Assembly: GCA_951406725.2 (NCBI GenBank)
Contig: OX597820.1
Span: 58,280,001-58,344,000, forward strand
Reading direction: 5' to 3'
Origin: Octopus vulgaris
Lineage: Eukaryota
Length of the DNA: 64,000 nt
Shown here: positions 12,727 to 25,779 of the stretch, one piece after another
How positions within the stretch are numbered: position 1 is the first letter of the stretch
How the letters are laid out: the number at the start of each line of letters is the position of its first letter
Notes under the pieces: model-generated
What the model saw: the letters and a program-made list of their open reading frames with translations, nothing else
What the model was told of the DNA's origin: nothing
Database searches by the model: none
Made by a program: the position numbers and the translations under genes

Positions 12727-14757
12727 TATATATAAAGACGTATCTTATCGGATAGCTGAAAAACACTCAAATATTCCCATAATGTTTCTCCCAATTTTCT
12801 TCACTACTATGTATAGTTAATTAGTTAGTTAAGATTAGGGTAAAAAATCTCGTGGTATACTGTGGAAAGCCCGTCTATAGTTATTGGCTACCTTATGCCA
12901 TCATACAATGGAAATGCGCTTGTTACTCGATATACATCAGAAATTCCATAATATCCATTGAGTTTATATAAATGGGTAAATGATAGAAAATTCTTTATAT
13001 AAAAATCGCTATAATTGTTTCGGCGCATTCTTACACGTCAAGTACATAGGTAAGATGTTGTACAATCATTATCTTACATCAATGCTGTAAAATGCACTTC
13101 CTCAGGTGATTGTTTAAATAAGTTCTTCGTTAGATTCCCTCGCCATTTCATTCAGTATGATAGTACATACCCAAAGCGATGTAGCACATCACTTTGTCCT
13201 GTGATACATTCCTGCTACATTCTAACCATATGTTTTCAATTCCGAGAAACCTATGTTAAATTAATATTTTCTCACATAAGTATAAAACAGAGGATTTTGA
13301 GGGAAACGTATACTGGATAAAATCATACCCGGAACTTCATTGTCATGTATTTCATCGACAGCTGAACGGGGAATGGTAAGGTTGAACTCGGTAAAATTTA
13401 TAGTCAGAACTTAATGAGTAAAACAAATTATTCTTTTTACTACTCTAAGGGCAAGGCCCGAAATTTCTGGGGAGGAGGTCAATCGATACCATCGACGCAG
13501 AACTTGACTGGAACTTTATTTTTTCGACCCTGGAGGGATAAAAAGCAAAGCTGGCCTTACTCGGATATGAACTCAGAACGTAAAGAACGGAAAAAATACT
13601 TTAAAAAAAAAAGCATTTTTCCGAGTCTATTCAGCCAGCTCGTCTTCTTATACGTACAAATATGTACATATAACAATATATTTCTACACACACACACACA
13701 CATATATATATAAGTTCAACAAAATTTAGATTCAGATGAATATGGTACTTTATATATATGAATATGGTACTGTTATATATATATGTATATATATATAACA
13801 GTATTTAGTTATAAATCTCGTGATGATCTTTTAGAATCAATATAATACTATATAGCCGTTTTGATCGACTATTCGGGCCCCCTTTTAGTGGGGAGTGGAG
13901 CGTACCTAACATCACCACCATATGGCTCTTGTATGCCTTTAGCAGATTTTCACTTTGCTGCAAGCATTCAAATCAGGATATCACAGTAGCATCCGGTTTG
14001 AGGATAATATAGCCTCTCAATACTCTACTTCCGGCTTCATTTCCCTTGCTTAAGGCCACTGATTATAAGAAGGTGATAACAACGCACTTATTAGACTGAG
14101 AGATAGACGTATAATGTTTTGCGCTGTATGTCCCAACTCTCTACGCTCTGGGATCAAATCCATTGCATTTCACCAAATTCGGGTCTCGATAAAGTACCAG
14201 TGTAGTACTGGAGCATTTATTTCCCCTCACCCCCATCTGTCTCTCCTTTTCGGAATCATCAAAACTGAAGGAGACAAAGAATACGTGTATGTTCACATCG
14301 TGGCACCACTAATCTTTTCACTGCCACTTAGTGGACTCACTAAGAAAGAGAACACAAAAGCCCACTGTGCCAAAGGCAAGCGTTTCTCAGAGAAGACTTG
14401 TCGCTAAACGCCACAAGAGCTTGAGCTACAGTTCTCTGGAATTTTCAACTTACTTCTGTCATTGTGATGTTTTTGACCCCAGGCCAATCCTGATCCAACT
14501 GATCTATGATCAAAAGTATTGTATTTCAACTGTATTATTCCATCTTCTTTTAAAGATATCCAATGCGTTTTTTTCTTACTTTAAGATTATGATCTGATTT
14601 TTGTATGCATGTATGTATGCATGCATGCGTGCCTACATACATATTTCTAGTGCACAGAATGACTACTTAGGTACTGTATTGGTTTCTTTTGACGTGTCAT
14701 AAAGTCAGCGACAGACTGCATGAATGGGTTACTAGCCTTAGTTTAGAAAACCCCTTA

Positions 14758-14792
<35 letters not shown>

Positions 14793-15192
14793 CATCCATA
14801 CATACATACATACATACATACATACATACATACATACATACATCCGGTGAGAGGATAAAAGTTTGAAAATGGTTTCTATTCACGCCGTACTTCCCATTAA
14901 CATCCTAAATGAAAATAGGCTTTGATCCTTAGAAAAACCTGTTTCCCATGTGTATGATATCAGAGAAAGTAATATTTCGACGGGTTCGGAAGGGTCAGTA
15001 CACATCTACACTCTTGCATACAGACACACAATTTTAAGAGCACTTTAAGTTACTGTAGTATTAATACGCATGTGTTTATCATTAATGATAAACATAGATA
15101 TATATAGATGACTGTGAGTGTATATGCATATGTAAAATGATAAACACACGCACATACAAACACACACACACACATACACACACACACACACA

Positions 15193-15233
<41 letters not shown>

Positions 15234-15406
15234 GTGAGTATGTGTGTATATATGTATAAATGTATATCTATGTATGTATAAGGATGTGCAATATTAAGCT
15301 GATGATATCAGCTTACGGATTAATTTTATTTTGAAATGGATGTATACGTGTGTCTAGATATGTATGTATGTATGCATGCATGTACATGTATGTATATGTA
15401 TGTATG

Positions 15407-15486
<80 letters not shown>

Positions 15487-15491
15487 CATAC

Positions 15492-18070
15492 ATATATAAG
15501 AGTTTATAAGTATTTATACACAGAGAGGTGACCCTTGTCAGGACGCCTTACATGCTAGAAATGGCAGCCAAACCCAATCCACGAAAAAAAGTAATTCCAA
15601 TGAGAATAAAAGCAAAAATTATTTATAGTCCTAACCAAACTCGAGTTTCTGTATTAATGAACAAATAAATTGATTTGTCATCCGTACTTCGTCAGTGGGA
15701 TCGCTAAGACAATGCTTAATTATGCAGCTAATACGTACCGAAATCACACGTGCTTGCTGCATACTTATAGATTATGTTTTCGAATCAACCGCGCAAGTGC
15801 AGTCACATAGTCAACGGTAGTTAATAAAATTATTTTCTACTCTAGGCACAAGGCCCGAAATTTGGGGGGAGGGGGGAGCAGTCGATTAGATCGACGCCAG
15901 TGCGTAACTGGTACTTAATTTATCGACCTCGAAAGGATGAAAGGCAAAGTCGACCTCGACGGAATTTGAACTCAGAACGCAAAGACAGACGAAATACCTA
16001 TTTCTTCATTACCCACAAGGGGCTAAACACAGAGGGGACAAACAAGGACAGACATAGGTATTAAGTCGATTACATCGACCCCAGTGCGTAACTGGGACTT
16101 AATTTATCGACCTCGAAAGGATGAAAGGCAAAGTCGACCTCGACGGAATTTGAACTCAGAACGTAAAGACAGACGAAATACCTATTTCTTTACTACCCAC
16201 AAGGGGCCAAACACAGAGAGGACAAACAAGGACAGACATAGGTATTAAGTCGATTACATCGACCCCAGTGCGTAACTGGTACTTAATTTATCGACCTCGA
16301 AAGGATGAAAGGCAAAGTTGACCTCGACGGAATTTGAACTCAGAACGTAAAGACAGACGAAATACCGCTAAGCATTTCGCCCGGCGTGCTAACGTTTCTG
16401 CCAGCTCGCCGCCTTAGTAAATAAAATTAAGACTGTACGAAAAAGCTTTGAAACCATGAAAATTTTACTGTGAAAATTATAAGGGTAGAATATTTAGAAA
16501 TATTTTCACACCGGTGGCTAGCATGCGTAATAAAACTCAATAGACAACATATTTTCATATATAAGAGTATATAAATATTTACACACAGAGAGTGGCCCCT
16601 TGACAGGACACCTTACATGCTAGAAAGGGCAGCTAAACACAAACCACGAAAAAAAGGCAATTCCAAAGAGAATGAAAAAAAAATATTTATAGTCCTAACC
16701 AAACTCGAGTTTCTGTATTAATGAACAAATAAACTAATTTGTCATCCGTACTTCGTCAGTGGGATCGCTAAGACAATGCATGATTATGCAGCTAATACGT
16801 ACCGAAATCACACCTGCTTGCTGCATACTTATAGATTATGTTTTCAAATCAACCGCGCAAGTGCAGTCACGTAGTCAGCAGTCAATAATAAAATTAAAAC
16901 TGCGTACCAAAGGGCTTTGAAATTGTGAAAATTTTATACGTGCTTGCTGCATACTTATAGATAATGTTTTCAAATCAACCGCGCAAGTGCAGTCACGTTG
17001 TCAGCAGTCAATAATAAAATTAAAACTGCGTACCAAAGGGCTTTGAAATTGTGAAAATTTTATACGTGCTTGCTGCATACTTATAGATAATGTTTTCAAA
17101 TCAACCGCGCAAGTGCAGTCACGTAGTCAGCAGTCAATAATAAAATTAAAACTGCGTACCAAAGGGCTTTGAAATTGTGAAAATTTTATACGTGCTTGCT
17201 GCATACTTATAGATAATGTTTTCAAATCAACCGCGCAAGTGCAGTCACGTAGTCAGCAGTCAATAATAAAATTAAAACTGCGTACCAAAGGGCTTTGAAA
17301 TTGTGAAAATTTTATACGTGCTTGCTGCATACTTATAGATAATGTTTTCAAATCAACCGCGCAAGTGCAGTCACGTAGTCAGCAGTCAATAATAAAATTA
17401 AAACTGCGTACCAAAGGGCTTTGAAATTGTGAAAATTTTATACGTGCTTGCTGCATACTTATAGATAATGTTTTCAAATCAACCGCGCAAGTGCAGTCAC
17501 GTAGTCAGCAGTCAATAATAAAATTAAAACTGCGTACCAAAGGGCTTTGAAATTGTGAAAATTTTATACGTGCTTGCTGCATACTTATAGATAACGTTCT
17601 CAGATCAACCACACAAGCGCAATCACATAGCCAGCAGTTTTAATTTTATTATTCACTGCTGATTACGTGACTGAACTTGTGCGGTTAATTTGAAAACATA
17701 ATCTATAAGTATGCAGCAAGCACGTGTGATTTCGGTACGAATTAGCTGCATAATTATGCATTGTCTTAGCGATCCCACTGACGAAGTATGGATGACAAAT
17801 TAATTTATTTGTTCATTAATACAGAAACTCGAGTTTGGGGTTAACTATAAATAATTTTTTTTTTCATTCTCTTTGGCATTACTCTTTTTCAAGGTTTGTG
17901 TTTGGCTGCCCTTTCTAGCATGTAAGGTGTCCTGTCAAGGGTCACCTTTATGTGTATAAATATTTATACACTCTTATATATGAAAATACGTTGTCTATTG
18001 AGGTTTATTACGCGTGCTAGACACCGGTATGAATTTTTTCATAAATTTTCTACCATTATAATTGTACACA
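15492..18070. repeat. complex foldback repeat: about 480-bp unit in direct copies, 126-bp tandem array, and an inverted copy
   Basis: Direct copies start near 15492 and 16559; 126-bp units at 16815, 16941, 17067, 17193, 17319, 17445 and partial 17571; 17637-18070 is the reverse complement of about 16469-16900. Confidence 0.9.
15833..16413 (-). mobile_element. trimeric SINE family A with 15-bp TSD
   Basis: Body repeated three times at 184-bp period (gaaaggatgaaagg at 15931, 16115, 16299); flanks tagttaataaaatta (15818-15832) and tagtaaataaaatta (16415-16429). Confidence 0.9.
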
Positions 18071-18474
18071 TACATAGACATACACATCTATGTATATGTA
18101 TATAACTGTACATATATATATATATACGCACACATACATACAGCCATGTATATTATATTTTTGTATGTGTATACATATATCCAACACACAGACACACACA
18201 CAACACACACAACTTTCATGATGTGTTTATGTGTGCATAGGAACTTAAGAATAAATATATTTTTTACTTGTTTCAGTAATCGAACAGTAGCCTTGCTGAA
18301 GCACCGCTTTGAAGGGTTTAGTTGAACAAATTGACCCCAGTACTAAGTTACAGAAACGTAAACAAACCAACACTGGATCTTCAGCGGTGGTATATATATA
18401 TACGACGAGCTTCTTTCAGTTTCCGTTTACTAAATCCACTCACAAAGCTTTGGCTGACTGGAGGCTACAGCAAC

Positions 18475-18914
18475 CATTCTATTCAATACCACAGATTTGT
18501 TCGTCAGTTGCTTGACTAACCTTGAGTATGTCCCTTAGTGGCTGACAATATGTGCATCTCTGATCAGGAGCAGAAGTAGTGGGGGAGCATCATAGCCATG
18601 TGTTGAGAGGAAGTTTTTCGGGTTTGGATAATTCACCTCTGGAAACAAGGGCGTTTTGTTCATCATCCTTAAACAAACCTTATTCGGGGACCTTTTGAGC
18701 GGGATAGGCTACTCGACCTGAAGAAAATTCTAACTGAGCCCCACCTGCAAAGTCATGCCTGTTTATCTTGATATGAGATCACTATGTCGCGCACATATTG
18801 TTGTGATGCATGTGCCTGGTGTACCGTTATCAGACGGGCAGCCATGATGAATATACTGGGCTTCGTATATTTTACCCCAATGTCACTTTGATGGCATGCA
18901 CTGCTCTCTCACTC
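18475..18914 (+). mobile_element. non-autonomous retroposon family F; inverted homologue at about 46578-47030 with (AAT)n tail
   Basis: Two dispersed copies sharing gtgcatctctgatca..., gctactcgacctgaagaaaattctaact and the ctgctctctcact end; the second copy runs into (ATT)n. Confidence 0.65.
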
Positions 18915-19347
18915 ATACATACATACATAGCAATATCCTCTTGGAAAAGCCCTTGTGGCCATTTGAAAATACGAAAACCGTTGATATAAGTTTTTATTTA
19001 TTCCTTAAATGTGTTAAAATTCTCATTGCACAACTAGGACCTTGTCACAAACGCAATTCCATTGTAACTGTCTGATTTATTGTAAATAACCATTTATAAT
19101 TTTCAGCGTTTTCGTTTTCCGTTGTACTTACCGACAGAATCAACGTGACATATTTGTGTAGAAATATTGTACCTTCTGAATCATGAGTACAATTCACACG
19201 AAGGGCTTCTATGCAGCTTCCGTCCCCTCAATTTCACACACAAGATATGGACTGAACTTAGGGCATGGAAAATAGCATTAGCTTCAACATGAAACTCACT
19301 AACTCCGAACCCGAGATCTTGTAGTTGCTAAGCGAACTTTCTTACCT

Positions 19348-19389
<42 letters not shown>

Positions 19390-20169
19390 GTGCGTACGTG
19401 TGTGTATAAATAAGAAAGGCAACATAATACAAGTACAAATACTTCACAAATAGCTTAACAATATACAAAACCAAAACCGAGAAAACGGTTACTCTTCTAC
19501 GACTACTACCTTTCGATAACTAAACATATCCTTGTTGGTGTTATCATCTTTGCTAAGCATTTCATGCATTTGAACTCACTTGAAACGGAAGCTATTCTAT
19601 AAACAAAAATTCTCTCTTTTTTTTTATAATAATTTTAAATGGATAAAACACTCTGTTATTACCATGGGATCTAAGCATTCTGTGTTGGCTAGAGTTTTTG
19701 ATAGCATCTATATCATACAGGCATTAAAATTAAATTCCCGTTACTTTAGAACAGTCTTTCGCAAGTCGAAGTTCTGCTTCTCTCAAAAAACTATAAAACC
19801 AAAATCTAATGATTCGTTTTAGATAAAAATCAACATTCACGCCCTTTGTAATGATTTAAGTTTTAAAATAACATTTGAGCAACGCCTTAAAATAGGGAAA
19901 TTTCTAGAGGCAACTGGTAGAATCATTTTATTTTTTTCATCTTATAAGCACATCATTCTGCTTCATCTAAATATAAACATGCCATATACATTAGAAACAC
20001 TGTAATTGTGTCTTCTCTCTCACACACTTTTCTCCTTACTCGTGTATTTTGCTAAGCACGTATGTACTATCATCTCTTCGTCTGTCTTTGTTCCGTAGCC
20101 TTTATAACTATGCTCTTTCATTGAAAACGTTGTGTGTGTGTGTGTGTGTGTAAAGACAGAGAAAGAGAG

Positions 20170-20590
20170 AGAGGAAGGCAGGAGTACTTTTGGGTACGAC
20201 ATCGGCCAACGGAGCAGCAACGGACTGCGAGCTACCGTTGTGTGCCGGCGAGTGGAGACTGTTGCAGGAATGCGGCGGAAGACGCGATAACGACGTCTTC
20301 AGGACGAAAATGCAATCCCAGCGGCGGTGGACGATGAGGCCACATGTATGACAGCAAGGCGGAGGCGAGGAATCCGAGCATGCGAAACGACAAACGAATG
20401 GAGCTACTGCTGTCAACGACGGCGCAGAGCAGGTGAGCACAAACGAACGAGCAAGCGAGTTCGAGAGTGTTTGCGCTTATCTAGTATATATAAATCACAG
20501 TATGTATGTGTATAATGACTAACGCATACATTTCCACAATTCTCAACCGATTTTTACAAAACTTTACGCACACATTACTTATATCCCAAG
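20170..20590 (+). mobile_element. possible Helitron-like non-autonomous 3' end followed by a 5' start
   Basis: GC-rich segment with imperfect hairpin gcaagc...gtttgc then CTAG|T near 20484; followed by tatatataaa...tgtatgtgt...tcaaccgatttt. Confidence 0.35.
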
Positions 20591-20599
20591 AATATCCGG

Positions 20600-20860
20600 G
20601 CAAGGTTGTTTATGGAAGACCAGCAGTCGCCCATGCATACCGGCCTTCCCTCTCCTCGCCACCAGTGTTATCCAAGGGAAAGGCACAGGCCGATACAGCT
20701 TGGCACCTGTGACGTCGCAACTCATTTCTTCAGCTGAGTGAACTGGAGCAACGTGAAATAAAGTGTATTGCCCAAGATCACAACACGCAGCCCAGTCCGG
20801 GATTCGAACTCACAACCTCACCATCGTAAGCTCGCTCTAACCACTGAGACATGCGCCTTC

Positions 20861-20863
<3 letters not shown>
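20600..20863 (-). mobile_element. tRNA SINE with D-type head and a different tail
   Basis: Minus head gaaggcgcatgtctcagtggttagagc...gagttcgaatcccgg, then tttatttcacgttgctccagttcac as in family D. Confidence 0.7.
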
Positions 20864-20902
<39 letters not shown>

Positions 20903-20910
<8 letters not shown>

Positions 20911-21583
20911 CAACAATTGAGGGTAAAATTAATTAATTATTAATCAATTTCACCAAGTATTCAGTATGCAAAGGGACCCTTTAAGGCGAATTCAAATTAT
21001 TACATTATATAAAAGGGCTTAGTAAAATAAATTACTTTGCCACATACTGAACTCATTAGAAATAGCAGCCAAAAAAAACTTTTTTAAAACTATTTCTAAT
21101 ACTTAAAGAAAATCTCTCTCATATAGTGTTTGCTCAATTCAACTCACGAAAGTATGGGGGTAAAGACATTAAAAAATCAAATGCAAAGGTTATTTGAGAA
21201 CGTACGTTTCTAGATTAGTCAAATCGACATTTCTTTCGTCAGCTCAGAACTCCTTGGTTCGGATTTGGAAACACTGAAAGTGGGAGCATACCCTTTCGGC
21301 TTCTTATCGCTTCTGAAGATCTGCTCGAACTATCAGTGCCAGCAAATTCAAAATATGCAAGCGAAGAATTTCTGCTCTCCCCTTTCCACCAGCGTGGGTT
21401 AAAATCAGTAAACACTATGTTTTTTCGGTAAAATCCGAAGCATTAAATAGAGAGAGATGAATTATAATTTCAACAATTGAGGGTAAAATTAATTAATTAT
21501 TAATCAATTTCACCAAGTATTCAGTATGCAAAGGGACCATTTAAGGCGAATTCAAATTATTACATTATATAAAAGGGCTTAGT

Positions 21584-21589
<6 letters not shown>
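20903..21589 (-). mobile_element. 560-bp 1.2-mer (127-bp terminal direct repeats) carrying an HHR, inserted in (TA)n; retrozyme- or PLE pLTR-like
   Basis: 20903-21029 equals 21463-21589 with one mismatch; (TA)n on both sides; HHR at 21195-21246. Confidence 0.8.
21195..21246 (-). ncRNA. type I hammerhead ribozyme variant (long helix II, GUU site)
   Basis: Minus: ugag CUGACGA A AGA aau GUC gauuu GAC uaa UCU A GAAA CGUACG UU|cuca; palindromic ACGUACGU helix III; distal helix I aagg/cctt. Confidence 0.75.
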
Positions 21590-21631
<42 letters not shown>

Positions 21632-22689
21632 TAGAGATAATCACATAGATATATACAACTGGCTTCTTTCAGTTTCTGTCAATCAAATTCACTCACACGG
21701 CTTTGGTAGGCCCGAGGTTATAGTAGAAGATACTTGCCCTAGGTGCCACGCGGTGGGACTGAACCGAGATCATGTGGTTGCTGCTTGCCACACAGCCATG
21801 CCTACGCTCATAAATTGATTATTTTTATCTACTTCTTTAGTTTTACTTACTTCTTATCATTTCTATAATTGTTTTATTTTAAGTTTCTTTTTCGTTTGTT
21901 TTCTCGTGTTTTTTATTTAAATCTTTTTTTTGTTTCTTGTTTTTATTGGGTTTTTTGTTTGCGCTTTTTTCCTCAACTTTAATCTTTTGTCGCAATAGTT
22001 ATTTAATATAACGAAACTTTTTTCATCCTAACGTATCTACGAATGCTTCTGCTGGAATTCATTTCTAATCACTTTCGACATTTTCACATTCTTCCTACTA
22101 ATATTTCTTTTCAAAGTCTTCAACTAATGTTCTTTACACTGACTTCAACATTTGATCAATTCAAACATAAAACTCATATTTTAATCATATTAATAAATGT
22201 TGGGCTTGATTCATATTTATCTCCCTTCCGTTATACATCTTCTTTATTTCTAAACTATTTTGGTATCCCCTTATCTCTTTATGTGCTTTAAGCAAGTTAT
22301 TAATTTGAAACATCATTTTTAAGCCATGCATCTTTCTACCCAAACAATACACTTTAGATTTACTATCTCCACAATGAGAATTTCATCTCATTCTTTTTAT
22401 TTTAACTTTACTCTCATTTTTTATTTTTTTAATGTTTCTTTTTCATATTTAGCGGTTATATTGTCTCATTTATCTATTACATTATACCTTTCAACTCTTA
22501 TCTTGGATGAACGTCTTAAAAATAGACCCCTCTTAGCTTTTTTCTTTCCAATATAACAAGTAATTCTTTGGTTTCGTAACCACACACTCATATATATATA
22601 TATATTTAAATTTGCTCATAAAGACCCTTTTCTCCTAAGAAGAGAATTCTTTTTTGTAACTATCGATTATTCGTTTTCCAATGTCGTGT

Positions 22690-22916
22690 TACTCTTTTAT
22701 TTGTTTCAGTCATTTGACTGCAGCCATGCTGGAGCACCGCCTTTAGTCGAACATATCGACTCCAGGACTTATCCTTTGCAAGCCTAGTAATTATTATATC
22801 GGTCTCTTTTGCCGAACCGCTAAGTTACGGGGACGTAAACACATCGGCATCGGTTGTCAAGCGATGGGGAGAAGACACAGACACAGACACGCACACATAT
22901 ATAAATACATATATAC

Positions 22917-22972
<56 letters not shown>

Positions 22973-23130
22973 GACGAACTTCTTTCAGTTTCTGTCTATC
23001 AAATCCACTCACAAGACTTTGGCTGGCCCGAGGTTATAGTAGAAGACACTTGCCCAATGTGTCACGCAGTGGGACTGAACCCGATACCTAATGGCTGCTG
23101 AGTGAGCTACTTAACCACACACCCATGCCT
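22690..23130 (-). mobile_element. full-length SINE family B
   Basis: Both halves present with internal (TA)n at about 22900-22968. Confidence 0.9.
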
Positions 23131-23195
23131 AACTTTCTGTCCTTTCGCTAATAAATTTGAAAGTTCTTCAAAATCAAACCATCGATTTCTTTTCC

Positions 23196-23273
23196 GACTT
23201 TTTTTCCCTACCTAGGTCGAATGATTACTTAAACTTTAAGTAATCATTCGACCTAGGTAGGGAAAAAAAAGTC
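23196..23273. repeat. near-perfect palindrome
   Basis: 23199-23233 is the exact reverse complement of 23235-23269 (35-bp arms, 1-nt loop). Confidence 0.95.
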
Positions 23274-24134
23274 CTAAAAATAATTCTGAAACTATCCCCA
23301 TTATAGCTAATAACCTGCGCTTTTACTGTTCATACAATATCATCAGATTCGTCAGTTATGCCTTAATATATTTCCAGTTCTCATTTTCAAACTGCATTTC
23401 CTTTTACTTGATCATTTTCTGTTTATTTAAAGTTTATTAGAGTGTACATAAGTTCTATCTATTGTATAATTTTGGAGCTATGATCACCAATATATTTTTG
23501 AAATTTGTTCACTTTCTTATAAACATTTACAGAAGTTGACTTTTATAACCTTGGCATACTTTTATATACAATTATATATTTAAATTTTGCTTCTATTATT
23601 AATTGTGTTTATGTATTTATATTTAAGATTTATCTCTTTTGTTTTCTCCCTAAATATATACACAATTTATTGTATTGCTTCTCATCATATATTTTTTGCT
23701 CTGTACATTCTATATTTATTTAAATACGGTATTCTGTATATAAGCGTATTGTGTATATAAGCGTCTGTAAGCCTAAGTCTTATATGTTTATTTCCGTATT
23801 CACACACACACACACATTTGCGTGTGTGAGTGTGTGTTTAATTAGAGAAAGAAAGGGGGTTTGTTTGTTACATATATATTTATACGTTTCAATAGCTATA
23901 TCAGAATAATATATATAAACCTGGCGGGTGTTTGTGTCTTTATCTATCAATTGTTTTGTAGGAATTGTAAGAATTGACATTTTTATATGCTAATTCTCAT
24001 AGCTATTGATATAATCTGTTAATATTGCCTATAGAGGTATGTTGAGATAAATATATTCAATATATACTTATGTTTATAAACGTAAATTGTTCATTACTTG
24101 TATTTGAAGGTTAGCAATCAGTTGTATACTCTAG

Positions 24135-24212
<78 letters not shown>

Positions 24213-24365
24213 CATGTATTATAGATATGTGTGTGTGTACGTATGCGAGTCTTTTACCTTTTATATTCTACTTATTTCAGTCATAGGGCTGCGGTCACGC
24301 TGGGGCCCCACTTGGACGGGTTGAATAAAACAAATCGACCCTAGTATTTTTCTAATGTGGTATTG

Positions 24366-24745
24366 TGGAGGCAAAATGGCCCAGTGGTTAGGGTAACGGA
24401 CTCGCGTTCGTAGGATCGCGGTTTCGATTCTCAGACCGGGAGTTGTGAGTGTTTATTGAGCGGAAACACCTAAAGCTCTACGAGGCTCCGGCAGAGGGTT
24501 GTGGTGAAGCCTGCTGTACTCTTCCACCACAACTTTCTCTCACTCTTTCTTCCTGTTTCTGTTGTACCTATATTTCAAAGGGCCAGCCTTGTCACACTCG
24601 GTGTCACGCTGAATCTTCCCGAGAACTATGTTACGAGTACACGTGTCTGTGGAGTGCTCAGCCACTTGCACGTTAATTTCTCGAGCAGGCTGTTCCGCTG
24701 GTCGGTTCAACTGGAACCCTCGTCGTCGTAACCGACGGAGTGCTA
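24366..24745 (+). mobile_element. SINE with family C head and family D tail
   Basis: gtggaggcaaaatggcccagtgg head; tail gtggagtgctcagccacttgcacgttaatttc...gtaaccgacggagtgc. Confidence 0.85.
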
Positions 24746-24944
24746 CGAAAGATTGTTTTATGAGTCCCTAGCAGAACCGCTAATTTAAATGAACATAAAA
24801 CCAATACCGGTTATCACACGGGAGAGGGTGGGACACATATACTCATGTATATATTTATTTGACATGTAGAATTGTTAATCCAGACACGTTTTTTATTTCT
24901 CTCTCTCTCCGTTTATTATTTTTTCCTCCATTTTCTTTCCTCAT

Positions 24945-24982
24945 TTTTTCTGTCGAAGAGCGGAGGTTCGAAACGTCAAAGA
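24945..24982 (+). ncRNA. minimal HHR motif with one core substitution
   Basis: tttt CTGTCGA A GAGC ggag GTTC GAAA CG TC|aaag; homologous to 31980 and 34324. Confidence 0.55.
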
Positions 24983-25779
24983 CTTTTCCACTTCACCTGA
25001 GCGTCAAACTAATACACCTTGTTTGATATTCCTTCGCCTGTCTCTGCCTTTTTTTTTTGTACATTTGAGCCATATAGAAATAAGTTCATCATCATCCGAA
25101 AAGTGCTTCCTTTTCAAAAAAGACTTCATGGTTGGAAAGAGGTGGAAGTCAGATGGTGCGTATGCATAAATGTAACATTATATGTATGTATGTCTGTGAG
25201 TCAGTATGTGTGCCTCTATTTTACAAACAGAACTTAGTAAGTATCGTGAGTAGATAAGAAATTATCTAATTTGGCCAGTCAAACCCCAAACTGTTAGAAA
25301 TCTCAAATCTCATCAAGCACGTTTCATCTCAGTTCACACTTTATTATCAGTCTAGCGTTTGGGTGAGGTACGCTAGATCTACGTCGTTCGACGATAAGAA
25401 TTTAGTTGTTTCCTCAATAGAATTGCCTGCCCCTGAATTAAAGAGTAATTGGTTGATCATTCCGCAGATATGTGTGTCCTTAATGTAATTAAGTCATGCA
25501 CAATCAGACAGACACACTACAGGACAAGACTGTACAGTTTGAACTACAAGTACAATCCACGGACAGGCTTATATACAGTTTCTGTCAATAAGATTTAACA
25601 CTCAATGTATGGGTCGACACGAGGCTACAGAAAATGACATTTGCCCAAGATGTCACGCAGAGGGATGAAACCCACAATCGCATGATTGCGAAGAAAACTT
25701 CTTAAACATTTTGTCATACTGTGAGGTATATATAACAACAAACAAGATGGTAAACAGAATATGGTTTTACGTCTGGCTA

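Larger units (their letters stand above)
21850..23750 (-). pseudogene. highly decayed Penelope-like RT/thumb region interrupted by a SINE B
   Basis: Minus peptides VYF*DVH (like FLDv), IDK*DN (like YDKRDD) and IRGYQN (like rGYp) in the expected order at about 22250-22530. Confidence 0.4.

Noticed and set aside
16815-17640. Regular array resembling CRISPR
   Set aside because: Units are identical along their whole length with no unique spacers; eukaryotic context and no cas genes
17774-17810. ctgacgaagtatggatgacaaattaattt as a functional hammerhead in the satellite unit
   Set aside because: G12 is missing in all three copies and helix I does not pair; at most a relic
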